From NCBI GenBank assembly GCA_964566225.1, contig CAZMHV010000001.1:21963-85962 (forward strand): DNA of 64,000 nucleotides. Direction: 5' to 3'. Made by a program: the position numbers and the translations under genes. The stretch's first letter is position 1, and every line of letters starts with the position of its first letter. Origin of the DNA: an uncultured Gammaproteobacteria bacterium (lineage in GTDB: Bacteria; Patescibacteriota; Patescibacteriia; Magasanikbacterales; UBA922). This document shows, piece by piece, positions 37,767 to 46,197 of this stretch. The notes below the pieces were generated by a model that worked only from the letters and a program-made list of their open reading frames with translations, was not told where the DNA came from and ran no database searches.

Positions 37767-39523
37767 AAAACTATACCTTAAATACAACTCAAAACAAAAA
37801 AAGTAGCATGTGGGGAGCCCTGCGCAAAATGTATGCGTACATGAGTGATGAAAAGGGAACACTGCTTGTGGCGCTTGTAGCTACCATTATCAACTCCAGT
37901 TCTAATTTGTTGGGGCCATATATTTTTGGTCTTACGATTGATAAATTTATTATCAAAAAAGATTATGATGGAGTTTTGTATTACTCCCTTATTTTGTTTG
38001 GCATTTACGTTATTTCTTTTCTTGCACACAACGTACAAATGCGTCTCACTGGTGGAGTTGGACAGCGAGTGCTCTTTAAACTGCGCAATACTATTTTCAA
38101 TAAATTGCAATCTTTGCCAGTATCATTTTTTAACTCCAACAAAATTGGGGACTTGATTTCCCGCATCAACAATGACACAGATAAACTCAATCAATTTTTT
38201 TCTGAAACCCTCACCAGATTTATTGGAAGTATCTTTATTATTGGTGGTGCCGGTGCTTTTGTTGTGATTATTCATCCTCGACTTGGGCTTGCAGCACTTG
38301 TGCCTGCGCTTCTTATTTTAATTTTCACTCGTGTCATGTCACCACTTGTCAAAAGAAAAAATACCAAAGCATTGCAATCGACCGGCGTCATGAGTGCAGA
38401 GATTCAAGAAAGTTTGAATAACTTCAAAGTGATTGTGGCCTTTCACCGTCAGGATTATTTTCAAAAGAAATTTAGTGAAGTGAACCAAAAGAATTTTGAT
38501 GCGTCGATTGGTTCAGGTATTGCCAACACGATTTTTACCCCAATTTATGACTTTGCGGCCAACGCCGCACAGCTGATTGTGTTTGGCTATGGTGTGTACC
38601 TAATCATGCAAGGAGATTTGACTGTGGGACTCATGATTAGTTTTATTTCATACATGAATCGTTTTTACGATCCACTCAAACAAATGGCCATGCTGTGGGC
38701 GTCATTTCAAACAGCACTCGCAGGATGGGATCGTGTGGCTGAAATTTTGGCACTCGAATCTGACCTTACGGTGAGTGGCCAAGAGAACAATGTGTTGCCA
38801 GGGGCCAAATTACTCGAATTTCGTGATGTATCATTTCGGTATATTCCCGAAAAAGACGTGTTGAAACATTTTAATTTTCATTTGGAAAAAGGAAAAACCT
38901 ATGCACTTGTGGGACCAACCGGTGGTGGCAAAACAACCACGGCTTCACTCATGGCACGTTTGTTTGATCCAAGCGAAGGACAAATTCTTTTGAATGGCAA
39001 AGACTTGCGTGATTACACCGAAGAAGAACGCACCCAAAAAATTGGTTTTATTTTGCAAGAACCATTTTTGTTCACTGGCACGGTGGCGGAAAATATTGTC
39101 TATGGAAACAAAAAGTACGAGGGACTTGCCGGAGACGAATTATTGAAAGTTTTGCAAGACCATAACTTTGAAACATTGCTCGCACGTTTTGACGAAGGAC
39201 TCGAAACCAAAATTACAACCAGTTCAGATACCATGAGTCTTGGTCAAAGACAGCTCATTGCTTTCATGCGCGCAGTACTTCGTCACCCAGAAATTTTGAT
39301 TCTTGACGAAGCCACCGCCAACATTGATACAGTCACCGAACAACAACTCGAAGATATTTTGAGCAAGCTTCCAGCCGAGACCACCAAGGTTATTATTGCA
39401 CACCGTCTCAACACCATTGAAAATGCTGACGATATATTTTTTATCAACGACGGTCAGCTCACCGAAGCTGGATCACTTGACCATGCCGTGAGTATGCTGC
39501 TCGAGGGCAAGCGGGTGAGTTAA
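37763..39523 (+). CDS. ABC exporter, fused permease/ATPase (ABCB type), subunit 2
   Basis: Walker A GPTGGGKTT, LSLGQRQL, Walker B LILDEATANID. Overlaps subunit 1 by 4 nt, suggesting a heterodimer. Confidence 0.85.
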   Translation: MKNYTLNTTQNKKSSMWGALRKMYAYMSDEKGTLLVALVATIINSSSNLLGPYIFGLTIDKFIIKKDYDGVLYYSLILFGIYVISFLAHNVQMRLTGGVGQRVLFKLRNTIFNKLQSLPVSFFNSNKIGDLISRINNDTDKLNQFFSETLTRFIGSIFIIGGAGAFVVIIHPRLGLAALVPALLILIFTRVMSPLVKRKNTKALQSTGVMSAEIQESLNNFKVIVAFHRQDYFQKKFSEVNQKNFDASIGSGIANTIFTPIYDFAANAAQLIVFGYGVYLIMQGDLTVGLMISFISYMNRFYDPLKQMAMLWASFQTALAGWDRVAEILALESDLTVSGQENNVLPGAKLLEFRDVSFRYIPEKDVLKHFNFHLEKGKTYALVGPTGGGKTTTASLMARLFDPSEGQILLNGKDLRDYTEEERTQKIGFILQEPFLFTGTVAENIVYGNKKYEGLAGDELLKVLQDHNFETLLARFDEGLETKITTSSDTMSLGQRQLIAFMRAVLRHPEILILDEATANIDTVTEQQLEDILSKLPAETTKVIIAHRLNTIENADDIFFINDGQLTEAGSLDHAVSMLLEGKRVS

Positions 39524-39570
39524 CAAGAGAAACAAAAACCAAAAACTGCTCCACAAGGGCAGTTTTTGTA

Positions 39571-39599
39571 TTGACATTTTTGTGTTTTGGGTGTACTGT
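39571..39599 (+). promoter_or_regulatory. sigma70-like promoter TTGACA-17nt-TACTGT for the GC-rich ORF; preceded by a weak terminator hairpin (39545-39563)
   Basis: Read directly. Confidence 0.45.
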
Positions 39600-39636
39600 C
39601 CGAGCATCACCAACCATCGCCCGAAAGGGGCAAACC

Positions 39637-40062
39637 ATGGCACGCGAAGATTGGAATGAGATTCAGCTCGGCCTCGTCGAGCGGATGAAGCGGGCTTTTG
39701 AGCACTGGCTCACCAAGAACAGCTGGAACGAGGAAGGTCCGTACAAGAAGGACATTCCGGAGCTTCGTCGCATTGTGGAGCGGAGCTTCAACTTGCTCCG
39801 CCTCTACAAGACGGAGGATCACCCGGGAGTCAAGTTCCTGATCATCCTGGGGGACCAGTACCTCGCGCGCTACGGGCAGTTGGCCCTGCCCACGGACGAG
39901 GACTGCTCGGCCCACAACTCCTCCTACCAGATGGAGAACCGGCTCATCCGCATGTTCATCCACGCGGGTTTCGAGCTGTGGGGCTTCTGCGTCATCCCGC
40001 AGATCAATAACCCCAAAACCAGCGCCGAGCCGTACTACATCGTGGTGGTGAAGATGCCCTGA
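39637..40062 (+). CDS. GC-rich hypothetical protein (141 aa)
   Basis: GGGG SD. Very high GC3 in this frame only. No homology recognised. Confidence 0.5.
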   Translation: MAREDWNEIQLGLVERMKRAFEHWLTKNSWNEEGPYKKDIPELRRIVERSFNLLRLYKTEDHPGVKFLIILGDQYLARYGQLALPTDEDCSAHNSSYQMENRLIRMFIHAGFELWGFCVIPQINNPKTSAEPYYIVVVKMP

Positions 40063-40182
40063 GCATCGACGTCCAAGGGGGGAGGAGGGGACGCATAAAG
40101 ATCATCAATTTTGGTGGTCTTTTTTGTTTGTGGGGATAACTCCCCTTGACTCTCACGTTACGTCATGGTTTAAAGTAGGTAT

Positions 40183-40938
40183 ATGAAAGAGTATTCTATT
40201 CAACAACTGGCCACCCTCGCAGGAGTCAGTGTGCGCACACTGCACTACTACCATGAAATTGGCCTGCTCACTCCTGCCCATGTCAAAAGCAATGGGTATC
40301 GTTACTATGGTGAAAAGCAATTGCTCTTGCTGCAACAAATTCTTTTTTTCAAAGAGCTCGAATTTCCACTTGATGAAATAAAAAGAATTGTGAAGTCGCC
40401 GTATTTTGATATGGAAACTGCTTTGCAGGAGCAAAAAAAAATGCTCTTGCTCAAAAGGAAACGAGTAGAAAAACTTATTCAAACCATTCATAAAACTTTA
40501 CAAAGTATGAAACAAGATGAAAAACTCCAAGACGAAGAATTGTATGATGCCTTCAAAGACGATGATGTCAAACAGTACCAAGACGAAGTCAAACAGCGTT
40601 GGGGCAACACCGATGCGTACAAACAAAGCATGGCGCGCGTGGGCAAAATGACCAAAGCGCAAATGGATAAATTTAAAGAAGATGGAAAAAAATTTACACA
40701 AAAACTTGCTGACGCAATGGATAAAGATATACAGAGTAAAGAAGTACAAGACCTGATTGTCGAGCACTACAAAGGCATTCAATTTTTTTATGACTGTCCA
40801 CTCGATATGTATCGTAACCTCGGAAAAATGTATGTCGATGATGCACGATTCACTGCGTACTATGATACGTTTCGGCCAGGGCTTGCCGTGTTTGTGCGTG
40901 ATGCGATTGAATATTTTTGTGAGGTAAATAAAAAGTAA
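40183..40938 (+). CDS. MerR-family transcriptional activator with C-terminal TipAS-like drug-binding domain (TipA/Mta type)
   Basis: N-terminal HTH YSIQQLATLAGVSVRTLHYYHEIGLL, followed by a coiled coil and C-terminal domain. Confidence 0.75.
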   Translation: MKEYSIQQLATLAGVSVRTLHYYHEIGLLTPAHVKSNGYRYYGEKQLLLLQQILFFKELEFPLDEIKRIVKSPYFDMETALQEQKKMLLLKRKRVEKLIQTIHKTLQSMKQDEKLQDEELYDAFKDDDVKQYQDEVKQRWGNTDAYKQSMARVGKMTKAQMDKFKEDGKKFTQKLADAMDKDIQSKEVQDLIVEHYKGIQFFYDCPLDMYRNLGKMYVDDARFTAYYDTFRPGLAVFVRDAIEYFCEVNKK

Positions 40939-40944
40939 AGAGAA

Positions 40945-40985
40945 AATAAAAAACTCCACTGATATATTTCAGTGGAGTTTTTAAA
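40945..40985. terminator. bidirectional intrinsic terminator (ACTCCACTGA-TATATT-TCAGTGGAGT, A/T flanks)
   Basis: 10-bp perfect stem read directly. Confidence 0.7.
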
Positions 40986-41178
40986 TTTTGGAATTTCGTC
41001 CTGGCTCCGTATTGGCTGTGGACTCATCAGATTCTGCATCACAGAATGATTCCCCCAGATGCTTGCCGAGTCAAGCTTCTGGGTCATGCTTCTTTCTCCT
41101 TAGTGAGAAGCATCCTTGTTGTGGGTGATCAATGAAGATCATTGTTGCCAAGAGGTCTCGGTGTCTCTTGGCAGGTGC

Positions 41179-41520
41179 TCACGTGCCGGTGGCTTGCCGC
41201 AGGTCCTCGTGGAACTGCGCGCCGTCGAACAGGCGCTCACTCTGCGCGGGCTGGGCGTGGTGGCCCACGAGGGAGTCGAACATCCCCTCGCGGTCGTCAT
41301 CGACCAGTTCCACCTCCCCGGGCCAGCCGTCTTCGTGTCCGTCGACCCGGTCCGTGGTCACGCTCACCTCGGTGTCCACGTCCATCACGTGCGGGGCGGC
41401 GTTGGCCGGCTGGGTGTGGACCACCTGCACGACCACGGTTTCGGCCGGGGGCGTGGCGAGGTAGGCGGGCGTTCCGCGCATGGCGGGGCGGGGGGCGTCG
41501 TCGCTCATCCAAGGAAACAT
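41179..41520 (-). CDS. GC-rich acidic hypothetical protein (113 aa: MFPWMSDDAPRPAMRG...)
   Basis: GGAGAG SD 5 nt before ATG. GC3 about 90% in this frame. Overlapping ORFs in the other five frames are treated as GC shadows. Confidence 0.45.
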   Translation of the reverse strand: MFPWMSDDAPRPAMRGTPAYLATPPAETVVVQVVHTQPANAAPHVMDVDTEVSVTTDRVDGHEDGWPGEVELVDDDREGMFDSLVGHHAQPAQSERLFDGAQFHEDLRQATGT

Positions 41521-41581
41521 GGTTCTCTCCGTCTCGTGAAGGCAAGCTCTCGCTCGCCGTTGGGTTCGCCCGTCGATCGCG

Positions 41582-41628
41582 GGCACCAAAAAATTTTTGT
41601 CTCCGAGACTTAAAAATTTTTTGGTGCC
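41582..41628. repeat. 47-nt near-perfect palindrome: 17-bp perfect arms GGCACCAAAAAATTTTT / AAAAATTTTTTGGTGCC around an inner GTCTC-CGA-GAC mini-hairpin
   Basis: Arms are exact reverse complements. Lies between two co-directional GC-rich ORFs. Confidence 0.75.
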
Positions 41629-41716
41629 TACGATTTTTTTTGAGAAATTGAAATGGCGGGCGGTGCAGTTCTCCTTTCTATTGATGCACCGTGTTTGCCA
41701 CCCCGAAATGGGAAGA

Positions 41717-42085
41717 TCAGTGGACGTCGGCGTCGCCCTTGGGGAGGTACGAGCCCTCCTCCAGGGTGAACTCGTCGTCGATCACGGAGGTGATCTGGTA
41801 GCGGATTTCGCCCGTCACCATATCCCGTTTCACGATCATGCGCGTCTCCACTGGGCGACATGTCTCGAAGTCGTCGTACTGGTGGTTCTTCACCGCCTGC
41901 TTGACGATGTCTTCGCCAGCGTCGTGCTCGTCGCACTTGGGCGACACATCCACGGTCGGCGCGGGCCGACGGATGAACGTGATGGCCTCGTCCTTTTGGG
42001 GCTGCAGCGGGTTCATCACCTGCCACAGGCCGAAGAAGAACATGGCCATCAGCGCCGCAATCTGGGCAAAGAGCTTCCAGCTCAT
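41717..42085 (-). CDS. GC-rich membrane-anchored hypothetical protein (122 aa; N-terminal TM MSWKLFAQIAALMAMFFFGLWQVM)
   Basis: GGAGAGGG SD. High GC3. One TM helix then a soluble domain. Confidence 0.45.
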   Translation of the reverse strand: MSWKLFAQIAALMAMFFFGLWQVMNPLQPQKDEAITFIRRPAPTVDVSPKCDEHDAGEDIVKQAVKNHQYDDFETCRPVETRMIVKRDMVTGEIRYQITSVIDDEFTLEEGSYLPKGDADVH

Positions 42086-42306
42086 GTAAATCCCTCTCCA
42101 GTCAACATGGTTGTCAAACAAACGGTGACATCGCACCGCCATTTCAACTTCTCAATATAAATGCCAAAATACAGCAATTTCGCTGTACCGTTTGAGTTGT
42201 AAGAAACTGAGATGGGTGCGGCGCGACAGACAGAAGATCCTCCTGGATTCTTCTGCTGTATCGCTTACCCCCACCACCTGCTCGAGTCGCCGTTCGTCCG
42301 TGAGGA

Positions 42307-42480
42307 CTACTGGCGGCGGCTGGGCAGGTCGCCCGCCGGACGCGTCCGGGGCGGGCTGTTGAACCAGGCCTCTTCGACGGGGTCGAACCCGTCCTTCTCA
42401 CCCGGGTTGTTCGGACCCTCCGGACCGGGGATCTCGATGCAGGGGGTGGCGTCGGTGGTGATGTTCCTCTCGGGGGCCAT
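42307..42480 (-). CDS. GC-rich Pro/Gly-rich small ORF (57 aa)
   Basis: GGAGA SD, high GC3, downstream hairpin. The antisense ORF 42212..42628 is a competing call. Confidence 0.3.
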   Translation of the reverse strand: MAPERNITTDATPCIEIPGPEGPNNPGEKDGFDPVEEAWFNSPPRTRPAGDLPSRRQ

Positions 42481-42587
42481 TGGGGGTCTCCGTATTCTAG
42501 TTCCCGTTACCACGGGAGGGGCGGGGGTAAGTGCGATTGGTATCGCGCCGCCATCTCAATTTCCTTCAATTGTAAACGGGAAAGGAT

Positions 42588-42616
42588 ATCACAAAACAAA
42601 GTTTTTGTCAAGTCCT
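42588..42616 (-). promoter_or_regulatory. sigma70-like promoter TTGACA-17nt-TATCCT on the minus strand, heading a roughly 110-nt leader into the GC-rich cluster
   Basis: Read on the minus strand. Coordinates are approximate (within a few nt). Confidence 0.35.
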
Positions 42617-42743
42617 GGGAGTGGATAAAATAAAATTATTTACCTAAAATAAGCAAAAAAGTGAAATATTGAAAGAAATTTTGGTACCCTCCTGTAGTAT
42701 ACATAGAACCGGCTAGCCAACAACTTATCTTTAATTATTTCGT

Positions 42744-43199
42744 ATGAAGACACCATTCAATAAAAAGTATATAGCTATTCCAGCCATTGCAGCCCTCGGC
42801 ATATTTGCCGGCGGCACAGCCTTGGCTCATGGTGGACCAAGTTTTCTATGGAAGACCGACCCTGCAACTGCGGCCACTCAGTGGGAACAAAAACTCACGC
42901 AAGAAGCAGATATTTTGGGCATTAGTGTCGATGAAATGAAAACCAATTGGGCAGCGGGCAAAGGTGTGCGTGAAATTGCCAAAGAAAAAGGCATCAGTGA
43001 TGCTGATCTGCAAAAAAAATTTCAAGTAGCACGTGAACAACACCAAAAAGATATGCTTCAGAGTTTGGTGAGCCAAGGAAAAATTACACAGGCGCAGGCA
43101 GATGCCAGGCTCAAATTTATGAAAGATAATCAAGGAAAAAAACAAAATAAATCTGTTCATGGGCGAATGATGCATTCACCAGGCTCCATGATGCAATAA
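42744..43199 (+). CDS. secreted hypothetical protein with His/Met-rich C-terminus (HGRMMHSPGSMMQ)
   Basis: Signal peptide MKTPFNKKYIAIPAIAALGIFAGGTALA. Helical repeats. Confidence 0.5.
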   Translation: MKTPFNKKYIAIPAIAALGIFAGGTALAHGGPSFLWKTDPATAATQWEQKLTQEADILGISVDEMKTNWAAGKGVREIAKEKGISDADLQKKFQVAREQHQKDMLQSLVSQGKITQAQADARLKFMKDNQGKKQNKSVHGRMMHSPGSMMQ

Positions 43200-43328
43200 A
43201 TATATAGCCCTGCCAGGACTGAACATCTTGACAGGGCAAAAGAGCCTACTCAGAATGATTCACTAAATTTCTGTGTAGGCTCTTGTCTTTGTATGTAAAC
43301 ATCACGTATACTAAAGAGTATGATGTGA

Positions 43329-43892
43329 TTGAATTCCGTAGACAATTTTATGCCTCCTGCAGAGTTTTCTGATGAGCAGATAGTGGTTCTGGTAAGAGAA
43401 AAAAATAAAGAACTGTATAGTGAAATTATTTCGCGTTACCACATTAAGCTTACCCATTATTTGCGAAAATTTATTCATGATAGAGATGAACTTGAAGACG
43501 TGCTTCAGGCGGTTTTTATTAAGGCCTATGAAAACTTGTATGGGTTTGACGAAAAAAGAAAATTTTCTTCGTGGATTTATCGTATTGCACACAATGAAGC
43601 TATCAATCATATTAAAAAGTACGCCAAAATTTCTGTATCAGTTGACGAGGTTGAACATTTGATGGTTGATGAAAAAGTTGATTTGTCTCGTGGTGTAGAT
43701 CAAGGAATTCTCAAAGAAAAAGTTGAAAATGCTTTGTACCAAATGAAAGATAATTATCGTGAAGCGCTTATTTTGTACTTTTTTGAAGAAAAATCCTATG
43801 AAGAAATGAGTGATATTTTGCGAGTTCCCATAAATACCGTGGGAACACTCATTGCCAGGGGCAAAAAGAACTTGAAAAAATTTTTAGAGTAG
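43329..43892 (+). CDS. ECF-type RNA polymerase sigma factor (sigma-70 regions 2 and 4)
   Basis: Region 2 (VFIKAYENLYGFDEKRKFSSWIYRIAHNEAINHIKK) and region 4 HTH (YREALILYFFEEKSYEEMSDILRVPINTVGTLIARGKKNL). Confidence 0.8.
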   Translation: MNSVDNFMPPAEFSDEQIVVLVREKNKELYSEIISRYHIKLTHYLRKFIHDRDELEDVLQAVFIKAYENLYGFDEKRKFSSWIYRIAHNEAINHIKKYAKISVSVDEVEHLMVDEKVDLSRGVDQGILKEKVENALYQMKDNYREALILYFFEEKSYEEMSDILRVPINTVGTLIARGKKNLKKFLE

Positions 43893-43893
43893 T

Positions 43894-44649
43894 ATGGAAA
43901 AACACAAAATCACAATTGAAGAAAAAATAATGAAAGAAATACAGACCGGTAAAGTAAAGGTTCGTTCTCGGTATGTATTTCTTGCCGAAAAGCTTGGACT
44001 GGGGAGTGTTATTGTGCTCAGTATTTTGCTTGGTGCACTTTTTTTTCACCTTTTATTCTACTATTTAGACCAAACAGATAATTTAGTTTTTTTGAGTTTT
44101 GGCAGATCTGGATGGTATGCTTTTTTGGAATCATTTCCGTATTTGTTAGTAGTATCTTTTATTTTACTCGTCTTTGTTGCTGGATACTTACTCAAAAAAA
44201 CAGATTTTTCATACCAAAAGCCATTTGCGTATTCTTCTGTTACATTATTGGTAGTGGTTATGGTGGGGGGAGCTGTGCTTACTTTTACGGGTGTTGCACA
44301 GTCTCTTGAAATGCGTGGATTTTTGCATGGGAGGGGTGCTGGTATTATTCGTCCATTTTTGCACAACTGTTTTTCGCATAAAAAATATGGTATTTCTGGT
44401 CAGATTTTGGAAGTACGAGGGCAGTCGCTTATTTTGCTCACTCCGGATGGAGTACAACAAATTAACTTTTTTAATGCGCCACCGCTTGATCCTCAGGCTG
44501 TTGGCAAATATATTATTGTCGTCGGAGAAAGAAAAGGGGAGACTTTTCAGGGGGTCCATGTGCAGGTAGTGCCTCAAGAGAGAATTCCTGCTATTCATCG
44601 GGGAGTACGCATGCGTTTTCCTCTTCCACCAGGTATTTTGGTACAGTAA
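43894..44649 (+). CDS. membrane protein, putative anti-sigma factor
   Basis: Starts 2 nt after the sigma gene. Short cytoplasmic N-terminus then TM helices. Confidence 0.45.
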   Translation: MEKHKITIEEKIMKEIQTGKVKVRSRYVFLAEKLGLGSVIVLSILLGALFFHLLFYYLDQTDNLVFLSFGRSGWYAFLESFPYLLVVSFILLVFVAGYLLKKTDFSYQKPFAYSSVTLLVVVMVGGAVLTFTGVAQSLEMRGFLHGRGAGIIRPFLHNCFSHKKYGISGQILEVRGQSLILLTPDGVQQINFFNAPPLDPQAVGKYIIVVGERKGETFQGVHVQVVPQERIPAIHRGVRMRFPLPPGILVQ

Positions 44650-44699
44650 AAGCATGATTTTGAAAAAATGAAATATTTTGCTCGGCAGGTTGTAGTATA

Positions 44700-44870
44700 A
44701 ATAGATGACACTACTGTCATTCTCGGACTGCATGGGGTGTATATATCCTGCATATGTTCACCTCTTTTTGACTCGGCTGGGCGAGGTCCGTACCTATATG
44801 CTTCGCATGGGGAGCATCGCACGGATTCTATCGCCAGCCTGGTCGTCAGTTGTTTTTTGTAATTGAAGTT
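44700..44870 (+). ncRNA. candidate structured RNA / leader (moderately GC-rich, multiple long-range complementarities), class unknown
   Basis: No convincing ORF. GGCTGGGCGA...TCGCCAGCC long-range stem, ATGC-TTC-GCAT hairpin. A U-run at 44860s and a terminator at 44888-44915 follow. Confidence 0.2.
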
Positions 44871-44938
44871 TTGAAAAAATGATCCGAGGCCCGGGTCATT
44901 TTTTCATTTCATAAAAATTTTTATCCACAGGCGTTGTC

Positions 44939-44967
44939 TTGACTAATGCAACTTAGTTGCATATACT
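44939..44967 (+). promoter_or_regulatory. znuA-like gene promoter TTGACT-18-TATACT with embedded palindromic operator AATGCAAC-TTA-GTTGCATA (44945-44963)
   Basis: Read directly. The same module recurs at 46117-46146. Confidence 0.6.
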
Positions 44968-45009
44968 AAATACATACTTTGATATTTGTCTGTCAAAGTT
45001 ATACATAGG

Positions 45010-45037
45010 GAGAAAAAGAGCTTTGGCTCTTTTTCTC
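45010..45037 (+). promoter_or_regulatory. perfect 12-bp hairpin (GAGAAAAAGAGC-TTTG-GCTCTTTTTCTC) in the znuA-like 5' leader; possible attenuator
   Basis: Read directly. Lies between the promoter and the start codon. Confidence 0.4.
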
Positions 45038-45063
45038 TCTACAAAAAATTTAATATCCAAACT

Positions 45064-46047
45064 ATGAAAAAATATATACTGGGTGTCGTAATTATTCTTG
45101 TCGTGGGTTTTGGCATGGTTCTTGCCTTTCAAAAAAAATCATCGACTCCTGCCCAAAAACAAAATGAACAAAAAATAGATGTGGTGGTTACTTTTTATCC
45201 ACTCGAGTACATTGCAACACAGGTTGGTGGAGACTTGGTGAATGTGTCAATGCTTACTCCAGCTGGGGGAGAGCCGCATGATTATGATCCAACCGCACAA
45301 GACATTATCAAAATCCGTACGAGTGATCTTTTTGTCATGAATGGTGCAGACTTTGAACCTTGGGCCGAAAAACTCTTGCCAGAATTAGAAAAAGAAAAGG
45401 TACACTTTATTGAAATGTCAGAACATGTTGAGTTGCTCAAAGCAACCGAACATGGAGATGAACACACTGAAGAAGGTGAAGCCACCGAAGAAGTTGGACA
45501 CCATCATGAAATGGGGGAGTTTGATCCACATTTTTGGCTCAGTCCTACTCGATTGCAACAAGAGGTAAAAATACTTGCAACAACACTTTCAGAAATTGAC
45601 CCACAAAACGCAAGTACGTATCAAAAAAATGCAGAAGTGTTATTGAATAAAATTGTGAGTATTGAAAATGAATATAAAAAAGGACTTGCAAATTGTACAA
45701 AAAAAGAAGTTGTGACTTCTCATAATGCTTTTTCATATCTTGCAAGTGATTATAACTTTGAGGTTCACGGGATTGCAGGACTTTCTGTATCTGAAGAACC
45801 ATCAGCACAGCACCTTGCAGAGTTGACTCAACTGGTGAAAGATGAAGGTATTGAATATATTTTTACTGAGACTTTGGTAAGTCCAAAGTTTGCAAATACT
45901 CTGGCAAAGGAAACAGGAGTAATGGTAGCTATATTAAATCCACTTGAAGGTTTGAACGAGCAAGAAAAAAAAGAAGGAAAAAATTTGGAAACAATTCTTT
46001 TTGAAAATTTAAAAAATCTTCAAAAGGGATTAGATTGTCGTGGATAA
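45064..46047 (+). CDS. znuA: periplasmic metal-binding protein of ABC transporter (TroA/ZnuA family, likely zinc) with His/acidic-rich loop
   Basis: Lipoprotein-like signal. Cluster-9 SBP fold motifs. Loop HGDEHTEEGEATEEVGHHHEMGEFDPHFW is typical of ZnuA/AdcA. No adjacent znuBC. Confidence 0.7.
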   Translation: MKKYILGVVIILVVGFGMVLAFQKKSSTPAQKQNEQKIDVVVTFYPLEYIATQVGGDLVNVSMLTPAGGEPHDYDPTAQDIIKIRTSDLFVMNGADFEPWAEKLLPELEKEKVHFIEMSEHVELLKATEHGDEHTEEGEATEEVGHHHEMGEFDPHFWLSPTRLQQEVKILATTLSEIDPQNASTYQKNAEVLLNKIVSIENEYKKGLANCTKKEVVTSHNAFSYLASDYNFEVHGIAGLSVSEEPSAQHLAELTQLVKDEGIEYIFTETLVSPKFANTLAKETGVMVAILNPLEGLNEQEKKEGKNLETILFENLKNLQKGLDCRG

Positions 46048-46116
46048 ACAAAATAAATATAAAAATAGCAAAAAAGACTTTCCGTTGGGAGGTCTTTTTT
46101 TGTCCACAGGGGAGTA

Positions 46117-46146
46117 TTGACAAATGCAACTGAGTTGCATTAGTAT
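46117..46146 (+). promoter_or_regulatory. second copy of promoter/operator module: TTGACA-18-TAGTAT with palindrome AATGCAAC-TGA-GTTGCATT (46123-46141)
   Basis: Nearly identical to 44939-44967, including the upstream TCCACAGG. Confidence 0.6.
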
Positions 46147-46197
46147 GTAATTGAGAATAATCCGTCAATTATCCACGACCAACAGGGAGTAGTCCAC

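Noticed and set aside
40860-41087. 75-aa minus-strand ORF with a perfect AAGGAGA SD at 41087
   Set aside because: Its reading frame runs straight through the 10-bp terminator hairpin and into the convergent MerR gene. It is possibly a real start whose downstream frame is disrupted, but it is not callable as is.
41116-42160. Multiple long plus-strand ORFs (41116..41613, 41132..41464, 41142..41651, 41597..42160) and extra minus ORFs (41297..41545, 41628..42026, 42144..42401) in the GC-rich island
   Set aside because: GC-rich DNA gives stop-free stretches in all six frames. Only the minus-strand frames I called have SD + ATG and extreme GC3. The others look like shadow ORFs.
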